This document shows, in pieces, positions 1 through 6,585 of a DNA stretch of 15,769 bases. Position 1 is the stretch's first letter; every line of letters starts with the position of its first letter. Position numbers and translations under genes: made by a program. Source of the stretch: Methanobacteriota archaeon (lineage in GTDB: Archaea; Thermoplasmatota; Thermoplasmata; SG8-5; DAIRED01); contig JAZDNO010000007.1 in assembly GCA_043799545.1 (NCBI GenBank), positions 1-15,769 of the forward strand, read 5' to 3'. The notes beneath the pieces are model-generated. The model saw only the letters and a list, made by a program, of their open reading frames with translations, was not told the DNA's origin and ran no database searches.

Positions 1-495
1 TTTGTCCGGCGCCATCAGGTTCGCGTCTATCATCGCGCTCGTCAGGTACGTCTGCCCGCCGTCGTACTGCTCGACGCTCTGGACAGTCGTGCCTGAGACA
101 TCACCCTTGAACATGGCGACCGTGTAGCCCGCATCGTCAGATGGGAAGCCAACCATGTTCCAGCCTGACTTCAGTGTTATCACGGTCGAGACGGGCTTGG
201 AGTACGTGGTTCCGCCCACGCATATCTGGCCGTCTCCGACCACCGTGACGTAGAGCCATACGCCCATCTTCGTGTCGACTGCCGTCAGGTCGTTCAAGGC
301 CGAATTCCAGGTTGTGTAGTACTGCTTCCACGGGTCGGTCAACGAGTTCGGATTGTACCACATCGCGCGGGTCCACTGGACCAAGCCAAGGCCGCCGTTC
401 CTGAGGTCTGTCAGAGCGCCCGGCATGGTTGTCGGTCCGGAGATGTTCACCGAAACGAAGTTCCAGCCGATGTGGTCCACGGTTATGTTCTGCCA
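1..495 (-). other. C-terminal two-repeat 'GWN' module of the minus-strand protease
   Basis: Internal repeat: HIGWNFVSVN (451-468) ... DPWKQYYTTWNSALNDLTAVDTKMGVWLYV ... ITLKSGWNMVGFPS (142-165) ... VEQYDGGQTYL. The module runs off the window edge. Confidence 0.7.
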
Positions 496-3400
496 CACGG
501 CGGACACGCTCGAAGCGGTCAGCGACGGGTGCACCCTGGACGGCGTGTCTGTGTTGTCGTATGCGAAGGTGAAGGTCGCAAACGGGTTGACGGTCGTTGT
601 CTGCACTCTCAGGTAGTCGACGCTGGACCCGCCCCTGGAACCGCTGTTGTAGACTCCCCAGAGGATTACGCCTCCGGAGATGTAGTCGCCCCAGTTGGAT
701 GCGATTGCCCTTGTCATCGTCTGTTCCACGTTGGCTGCGAAGGCTGTCGTTGCTCCGACCGTGTCCCACACCGACGTTGCGGAGTTGAAGGCATACATCG
801 TGCCAGTTCCGGCAACGGTGAACGAACCCTCGAAGGTCAGTGTTATGTCCGTAGCCAGGGCTGGGTTTGCCGCGGTGGCGAACGAGCACTTCACGAAGGT
901 CTCGTCTCCCACAGGCGGGTTGCCGCTAGGACCCGCCCTGATATCGTTGGATGTCGACGCTGCGGTGTAGTATGCGTCCGTGAACTCCGTGGCGCTGTTG
1001 GGCGTTGTCAGTTCAGCGTCTGCGTTGCTGTCGACCACGGTGAACCACACGTCGTGCGGCCCGCCTGCGGCCGTCGTTCCGGCTGTATCTAAGTCCTCGT
1101 ACAATGTGCCTCCGGTAACCGCGGTCACCTGTATCCACAGTTCGACATAGAACCTGCCGTTTGCGGCCATTGTCGTGCCTGCGGGCACAGTGTACTCCCA
1201 GTAGAACTCATGGTATGCGCCTGCGAAGTTCGCAATGTCCTCGTTGTCGTTGGTGGTCGTGAACTTCAGGGTTGGTACAGTGCCATTCTCGTACACCTTG
1301 GCGAACAGGAATCCGTTGGCTGTGGCCCTGTCTACCTGACCGTGTATCCAGAACTTCCACAAGCCGCCCATGTCCTGGCCGGCCACGTAGGTTCCAGATA
1401 TCCACTTCTGGCCCACCTGGTACGGTCCGACAGCGGACATCGCAACCGACGTCGATGTCTGAATCGCCACCTCGAATGGGTCGTTGTTGAGGTTCATTGC
1501 CCCTGCGAACGGGGACTGAACCTGGAACCACAGCAGCGCCTCTGCCAGGCAGCTCTTTTCAACGAGGTTGATCTCCTGCACCGGCGGGGCTCCGGAGTCG
1601 GTCGCGCGCACCACGTAGTAGTATGTCGTTCCCGGCGTCAGTGGGCCCGGGTCGGTCCATGTCAGCGTCGTGCCAACCTGGACTGCGGTCGAGGTCACGC
1701 CGGTAGCGATTGGCGAACCGAAGTTCTCGCCGCCGGGTGTCGTCGCCCTATATGCCTGATAGGTGATCGGGTATTCGCTCTGGTAGTCCTCGGCGCCAAG
1801 CCAGGTCAGCTTCAGGGTGGTTCCCGTGCCCGGGTTTGTGACTGAGACGAGCCCGTTGAATATCGGGTAGTCCGGGAAGTCGATGAAGGTCACGGTGAAC
1901 GCAGAGGGAGCTCCCCAGTTGTTCGCCGCATCCTGGCCGCGCACGTAGAATGTGTAGTCCTTGCCCAATGCAGTGCCCGTTATTCCGTATGTAGCCGGGG
2001 TCAAGGCGGCCGATGTCTGCACGCCCTCAGTCTGCGTCGGCGTCGCTTCGACCAGAACCATGTTGTACCATGTAACCTGATCGAGAGACCACTGGGCGGG
2101 AGTTGTTGCGTGTATCAGAGAGTTGCCCGTGTAAACGTCGGTGATGGTGGCGTAGAGGTTGAAGGTCTGGCCTGCGCTGATGTTCACGGGGTTCGGAGTC
2201 GCGCCGCCGTTGTAGGCCCTCGGCCCAACCGTGTCAGCTCCGCCGAGGTTGTCGAATTTGTACATGACGACGTCCCTCTCGAGCTGGTTGAGGCCGTTCG
2301 ACAGCCCCCAGTTCGTCGGCTGCGGGTTGGTCGGGTGCGTCAGGCTGATTTCGCCCTCGTTATCGTACATCGTCGTCCTGTCTCCGAAGACATAGGCGAT
2401 GTTGTCCCTTGCAAGCATCTTGTGGCATCTCCTGCCGGCGTTGTCAGCGGTGATGTTCTTGTATTTGACGGGGAAGTTGGTCGTGGTGTATCCGCTGGCG
2501 TACGCGCACCTGTAGTTGGCGTTGGCGGACATCGGCTGGGAATCGAAGAGCGCCCAGTTCCACGTGGTGTCCGCATAGGTGTCGGCCGCTCCGCCGTACC
2601 AGTACGTGTCCATGTACCCGATCCACATCGTTCCGTCCGCGGTCTTCGCGAGGCCGATTGGCAGGTTTTCCCCGGCGTAGTTGTTCCACCAGAGGGTGTT
2701 GGTGCCGTACGGTCCGAATATGTTCGACCAGGTCGTTCCGCCGTCCGTGGTGTATCGCACCCGGACCTGCATCACGTCGTAAACGTCCGTGGCGTCTCCT
2801 GGCGGCGGCTGCTCGTACCAGGCGAACCACACCTCGTTGCCGGTCGGCGGCACGTAGACGAATGGCTGGTTCTGGTCCTGGTCAGCGTTCGTGGGAAGGC
2901 CTATCGCCGTGCGGGTTCCGAAAGTGGGCGTGTCGTCCGTGGCATCCCAGCTTGTCCTCCAGACGACCCTCTGGTTGCCGTCTGTGCCGCCGGTCTGCGC
3001 GCACCTCCACACGAGCCACAGCCTGTTGCTGTTGTCCACTGTGCACATGTGCTGCCTGTCGTATCCCGTGGTAACCGCCGCTGGGGTCACGGTGCCTATC
3101 GCAGACCACGCAGTGCCGGTGGTCGACGTGAAGTAGCGGATATCTTCCGTTCCCGCAGGAGTGGAACCCAGGTCGTCCGGGATGATCGTCGGAAGCACCC
3201 ACCAGACATCCGTCGCCGCCCCTTCGGAGGTTGCGACGTCCACGCCGCTGATGCCTGCCTGGTCAAGGAAGGCCACGTCCGTATCGGTGTTGACGCACGT
3301 GAAGAGCAGGTTCTGCGTCCATGTGTCCGTCAGGTGATTGTAGTATGAGCACAGCAGCCACCAGCTACCGGCAGTGTATGCCGTGAGCACGTCGCCGTTG

Positions 3401-6330
3401 GCGCGGGCGCATACAGATATATCGTTGGGTTTCGTGAAGTAACCGGGGTCGCTGTTAGTGTCTGTTCCGGCCGGGAGAGCCCTTGGCGAGCTGGCCCTGC
3501 CGTTGTTCGGCCCGACCGCCGTCCACGTGGTTCCGCCGTCCAAGGACTTCTTCACAAAGACGCTCGACATCCCTTCAACGTTGGTGGAGTCAGCTCCGCC
3601 GTTCCAATACCTCTCGCCGCTTATGTATGCAACGTAGATTGCTTTCGTGTTTTTCTCGTAGAACACCTTCGTCGTCAACTGGTTGCCAGGCTCTTTCGCT
3701 ACAGGCTCCGGGTAAGATATCGCGGTGTCGATGACGTTCACCATCAGCGACAGCTGGTCCTTCTTCGTATTGTCTCCTGAAGACATAACGTTGAGGGTTA
3801 TGTTGAAGTCGTTCCTGGTGGTCGCCGGGGCTTTTATCGTCGCAACGCAGCCGTAGCTCGCCCCCGCCGGGAGGTTCGATACGCTCGCCGGGTTGAAGGT
3901 TATCGTCCAGCCTGCGGCTGCCACGCCGTTCGAGCTCACCACTGGGGCCGGGAATGTGAAGGAGTCCGTGACCTTCCCCTGGTTTCTCACGCTGAACGGG
4001 TATGTGATTATGCCCCCGGAGCGGATGTGATGGAAGTACTCGCCCGTCGAGGTCATCTTGACGTTGTTGTTCGTGTTCGTCTGTTTGGCAGTTCCGAGGT
4101 CTCCAGACCACACCAGGGCGAACGGGATTGGCCCGGAGTTCCAGGTGCGGATGTCGACCTTCACGGAGTACGTGCCCTTCTGCACAAACGGGGTGTTGAT
4201 GTAGACGTTCTCGAGGGTGTTCCTGTCATCGTAGCCGTCGTTGTTGTTGTCGTATCCCCAGCCTAGGCCCGTCGTCGGGTTCGGGTAAGCCCAGCTGTCC
4301 TTGAATATGTTGCCGTGGTACTGGGTTCCGTCCGGAGCCGTGACAATCAGGTCAAGGTCGTTCCGGATGGTGACCGCGCTGCCGACCGCTCCCGGGCTCG
4401 GGTCCGCCCAGACGAGCGTAATCCTCAATGGCACCCTGGTGTTTACGACGGGGATGTTGAAGTTGTACTCAGAGGTGCTCGCCGTGAGCAGTGAGTTACG
4501 GTCCTCGAAGTAGTCCCAGCTCCTCGGCGCGGTCGGGAACAGCGAGTTCCTCACGTTTACCTGCCCCCAGCCCTGAGCGTAGCTTGGAACGCCTTCGCCG
4601 ACGTCGTCCGCGCCGTTGATCAATGTCGCCTTCATGAGCGACATCGACGGGCTCGCTATGCCCCTTATTTCATTGTAGTATTGTCTAACAAGCATCGCGC
4701 ATCCGGCGACTACCGGTGTCGCGCAGGACGTGCCTCCGAACCACGTGTAGACCCCGTTGGGCCCGTATGGAACGTAGTCCGCCGTTGGCGCGCCCGCCGA
4801 GCGAACAGAGTAAACGAACGTCCCTGGCGCGGCTATGTCCGGCTTTATCCTCTCGTCGTCCGCCGGTCCGCGGCTGCTCCAGCTGACTATGCCGTGTCCA
4901 CCGGAGGTCTCCGTTCCGTTCATCGGGGCGTCGTTGTTCGACGCCGCGACGCACAGGCCGTTCTTCATGGCCCATCCGACACCGTACGGTCCGGGTATGT
5001 CGCCGGGCGTGTACTGCGGCGTGTCGCCGGAGTTGTGCGCGGCGTAGCACGGGATTGCGTCCCAGGCGGTTCCCCAGATGTATGCGTCGATTCCAGCCGA
5101 TTCGCTTCCGTACGTTCCATCAGCAGAGTTCCATCCGGAGCTCGATGAGAATACGCGGAACCGGACTGTCGTGTCGGTTGTGTAAGTGTACTGCGTGTCG
5201 TGGTAGAGTTCCGCGTCCTGGGTGGACGTGGCGGACATATAAATCTTGGCCTCAGGTGCGGTCCCGGGGTTCCCCCTGTCGTACCTGTTCAGCTCGTTCG
5301 GGGGCAGAAGCTCTCCATGGACGCTCAGCCAGTTGTATCCGTTGCCTGCCGCTGCGCCAGTGCACCCCGTTCCGTGTCCGTCGGTATCGCCGCCGCCGCC
5401 CGCGACTATGCGGTTGACGCCCGCCTGCGGACCAGTCGAGAAGTCCTGGCGCGTCCCGTCAAGCCCCGAGTCGGATATTCCCAGGCCCTGGTACGTGTTG
5501 GTGCCAGCGCCGGCGGTGTACCCGGTCAATGGGACCGAAAGGCCGCTCCTGTCGACATCCCACGCATCGGCTGCGTTTAGAAGCTCGGTGCTCTGCTTGT
5601 TAAAATACTTCACTGTCGGGCTCTCGTCGGTGACGAGGGCAATCTCCTGGATGTTAAGAATCTGCGGCATTATTGACATGTCGATGTAGCAGTAGATGAA
5701 GGGGTTGTCCCTCTTCTCCGGGTTTGTCAAGCTGTCCTGCTCAATCTTGACTTCCCTTGCACCCAGTGCCGCAAGCTTGTCGGCGACGTCAATGACGCTC
5801 TCGCCCTTGAAAAGCCAGACGCACCAGTAGTGCTCCCCGGTCCAATCCTGGTTCTTCGCCGGCAGCTTGTAGCCAGGCTCCACCAGGCCGACCCACTGAA
5901 CGAGTGGGGAAGATTCGACCTTCGCCTTCGTGTTGCCGTTCATCTTGACAACGTAGGCGTTCTCGTGAACGTATTCGTTGTCGAGAACCTTGGCACCAAA
6001 CGAGCGGATGTGGTCCCTCATGCTGTCCGTGACGGTCTCCTTGAACTGCACGATGTAGTACACATCCTGTTTCGGGTCAATCCCGCTCGCTTTGTATCCT
6101 GCTTTCACAGCTGGCTCGCCTTTCGCCGTGTCGAAATCACCGTTCCGCAAAAACAGCCTGGTGTCAGGCGCGTTGTTTGCTCCCACGACCGGAAGGTCGT
6201 CGGTCAGGACGACGTTGCTATTGTCGTGTGTCCCGAGTCCGATGGTAGCGATCAAGCCAGACAAGGCCATCGCCAATGCGAGCGCGATAGCCAAAACTTG
6301 GCCCACCCTTCGATTTTCACCCTTGCCCAT
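1..6330 (-). CDS. Giant secreted multidomain S8 (subtilisin-like, Kp43-type) serine protease, at least 2110 aa, 3'-truncated by the window edge
   Basis: I read the minus frame codon by codon from ATG at 6330 to position 1 and found no stop. An in-frame TGA lies just upstream (6343-6345) and GTGAGGAGG precedes the ATG. The N-terminus MGKGENRRVGQVLAIALALAMALSGLIATIGLG is a signal peptide. The prodomain contains YYIVQF. Catalytic motifs are GISDSGLDG (D287), DGHGTGCTG (H319), YAAHNSG (N433), SSRGPADDERIKPDIAAPG and FGGTSCATPVVAGCAMLVRQYY (S535). These are followed by PSMSLMKATLINGADD, QGWGQVN, ITLVWADP and NDLDLIVTAPDGTQYHGN, typical of Kp43-like subtilases. Confidence 0.96.
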   Translation of the reverse strand, partial: MGKGENRRVGQVLAIALALAMALSGLIATIGLGTHDNSNVVLTDDLPVVGANNAPDTRLFLRNGDFDTAKGEPAVKAGYKASGIDPKQDVYYIVQFKETVTDSMRDHIRSFGAKVLDNEYVHENAYVVKMNGNTKAKVESSPLVQWVGLVEPGYKLPAKNQDWTGEHYWCVWLFKGESVIDVADKLAALGAREVKIEQDSLTNPEKRDNPFIYCYIDMSIMPQILNIQEIALVTDESPTVKYFNKQSTELLNAADAWDVDRSGLSVPLTGYTAGAGTNTYQGLGISDSGLDGTRQDFSTGPQAGVNRIVAGGGGDTDGHGTGCTGAAAGNGYNWLSVHGELLPPNELNRYDRGNPGTAPEAKIYMSATSTQDAELYHDTQYTYTTDTTVRFRVFSSSSGWNSADGTYGSESAGIDAYIWGTAWDAIPCYAAHNSGDTPQYTPGDIPGPYGVGWAMKNGLCVAASNNDAPMNGTETSGGHGIVSWSSRGPADDERIKPDIAAPGTFVYSVRSAGAPTADYVPYGPNGVYTWFGGTSCATPVVAGCAMLVRQYYNEIRGIASPSMSLMKATLINGADDVGEGVPSYAQGWGQVNVRNSLFPTAPRSWDYFEDRNSLLTASTSEYNFNIPVVNTRVPLRITLVWADPSPGAVGSAVTIRNDLDLIVTAPDGTQYHGNIFKDSWAYPNPTTGLGWGYDNNNDGYDDRNTLENVYINTPFVQKGTYSVKVDIRTWNSGPIPFALVWSGDLGTAKQTNTNNNVKMTSTGEYFHHIRSGGIITYPFSVRNQGKVTDSFTFPAPVVSSNGVAAAGWTITFNPASVSNLPAGASYGCVATIKAPATTRNDFNITLNVMSSGDNTKKDQLSLMVNVIDTAISYPEPVAKEPGNQLTTKVFYEKNTKAIYVAYISGERYWNGGADSTNVEGMSSVFVKKSLDGGTTWTAVGPNNGRASSPRALPAGTDTNSDPGYFTKPNDISVCARANGDVLTAYTAGSWWLLCSYYNHLTDTWTQNLLFTCVNTDTDVAFLDQAGISGVDVATSEGAATDVWWVLPTIIPDDLGSTPAGTEDIRYFTSTTGTAWSAIGTVTPAAVTTGYDRQHMCTVDNSNRLWLVWRCAQTGGTDGNQRVVWRTSWDATDDTPTFGTRTAIGLPTNADQDQNQPFVYVPPTGNEVWFAWYEQPPPGDATDVYDVMQVRVRYTTDGGTTWSNIFGPYGTNTLWWNNYAGENLPIGLAKTADGTMWIGYMDTYWYGGAADTYADTTWNWALFDSQPMSANANYRCAYASGYTTTNFPVKYKNITADNAGRRCHKMLARDNIAYVFGDRTTMYDNEGEISLTHPTNPQPTNWGLSNGLNQLERDVVMYKFDNLGGADTVGPRAYNGGATPNPVNISAGQTFNLYATITDVYTGNSLIHATTPAQWSLDQVTWYNMVLVEATPTQTEGVQTSAALTPATYGITGTALGKDYTFYVRGQDAANNWGAPSAFTVTFIDFPDYPIFNGLVSVTNPGTGTTLKLTWLGAEDYQSEYPITYQAYRATTPGGENFGSPIATGVTSTAVQVGTTLTWTDPGPLTPGTTYYYVVRATDSGAPPVQEINLVEKSCLAEALLWFQVQSPFAGAMNLNNDPFEVAIQTSTSVAMSAVGPYQVGQKWISGTYVAGQDMGGLWKFWIHGQVDRATANGFLFAKVYENGTVPTLKFTTTNDNEDIANFAGAYHEFYWEYTVPAGTTMAANGRFYVELWIQVTAVTGGTLYEDLDTAGTTAAGGPHDVWFTVVDSNADAELTTPNSATEFTDAYYTAASTSNDIRAGPSGNPPVGDETFVKCSFATAANPALATDITLTFEGSFTVAGTGTMYAFNSATSVWDTVGATTAFAANVEQTMTRAIASNWGDYISGGVILWGVYNSGSRGGSSVDYLRVQTTTVNPFATFTFAYDNTDTPSRVHPSLTASSVSAVWQNITVDHIGWNFVSVNISGPTTMPGALTDLRNGGLGLVQWTRAMWYNPNSLTDPWKQYYTTWNSALNDLTAVDTKMGVWLYVTVVGDGQICVGGTTYSKPVSTVITLKSGWNMVGFPSDDAGYTVAMFKGDVSGTTVQSVEQYDGGQTYLTSAMIDANLMAPDK
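1540..1870 (-). other. Fibronectin type III domain within the minus-strand protease
   Basis: TLKLTWLGAED...ITYQAYRATTPGGENFGSP...TWTDPGPLTPGTTYYYVVRATD matches the FN3 pattern (early Trp, L-x-PGT-x-Y-x-Y-x-V-x-A). Confidence 0.85.
2250..3720 (-). other. BNR/Asp-box (sialidase-like) beta-propeller region within the minus-strand protease
   Basis: Asp-box motifs KSLDGGTTW (3523-3546) and YTTDGGTTW (2728-2751), a degenerate FTSTTGTAW (~3106-3132), and repeated x-W-x-x-W/Y blade strands (RLWLVWR, EVWFAWYE, TMWIGYMD). Boundaries are approximate. Confidence 0.7.
3730..4050 (-). other. Ig-like beta-sandwich (NEW3/CARDB-like) after the protease's jelly-roll domain
   Basis: ITYPFSVRNQGKVTDSFTF...GWTITFNPASVSNLPAGASYGCVATIKAPA...ITLNVMSSGDNTKKDQLSLMVNV. 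The family assignment is by motif resemblance only. Confidence 0.6.
4090..5560 (-). other. S8 catalytic domain plus C-terminal PPC/P-domain-like jelly-roll of the minus-strand protease
   Basis: Catalytic codons are Asp 5470-5472, His 5374-5376, oxyanion Asn 5032-5034 and Ser 4726-4728. The D-to-H spacing is 32 aa, as in subtilisin BPN'. Confidence 0.93.
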
Positions 6331-6336
6331 TTTTTT

Positions 6337-6346
6337 CCCTCCTCAC
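6337..6346 (-). promoter_or_regulatory. Shine-Dalgarno-like site for the minus-strand protease
   Basis: The minus strand reads GTGAGGAGGGAAAAAA-ATG. Confidence 0.7.
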
Positions 6347-6442
6347 ATTCTCGTCTCGAAAATTTTATCAACTCAGGTGACATTTCACTGCATTGACAAA
6401 TCCTGAATGATTAATTTGAGACAACTAGCGATATGATGATAC

Positions 6443-6460
6443 TATTATAATTAGTTTTAT
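6443..6460 (-). promoter_or_regulatory. Candidate BRE/TATA for the minus-strand protease
   Basis: The minus strand reads ATAAAACTAA-TTATAATA about 110 nt upstream of the ATG. Other AT-rich candidates exist in the spacer. Confidence 0.4.
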
Positions 6461-6480
6461 GTTTCCGTATATATCTCATT

Positions 6481-6504
6481 ATAAAAACATATAAATATGT
6501 CTTT
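6481..6504. promoter_or_regulatory. Candidate BRE/TATA (ATATAAAT) for the plus-strand gene, embedded in a dyad-symmetric element
   Basis: ATAAAAAC-ATATAAATATGTCTTT. The arms ACATAT/ATATGT are a perfect inverted repeat, and the minus strand reads TTTATATG. Confidence 0.55.
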
Positions 6505-6573
6505 TCCACTCTCCAACCATCGTCCTCAATTCCATCATGCCCATTATAATGTTGGGGGGGATGTAGACTCGAA

Positions 6574-6581
6574 TGAGGGAG
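6574..6581 (+). promoter_or_regulatory. Shine-Dalgarno-like site for the 2767-aa gene
   Basis: TGAGGGAG, 4 nt before ATG 6586. Confidence 0.6.
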
Positions 6582-6585
6582 AAAT

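Noticed and set aside
137-6406. The roughly 27 short ORFs listed over 137-6406, including 2110..3348 (+, 412 aa), 137..889 (-), 472..1092, 1210..1845 and 5830..6396
   Set aside because: All overlap the 2110-codon minus-strand protease. The longer plus-strand ones share its codon register and stay open because of its biased codon usage. Their translations are Arg/Val/Gly-rich with no recognisable motifs.
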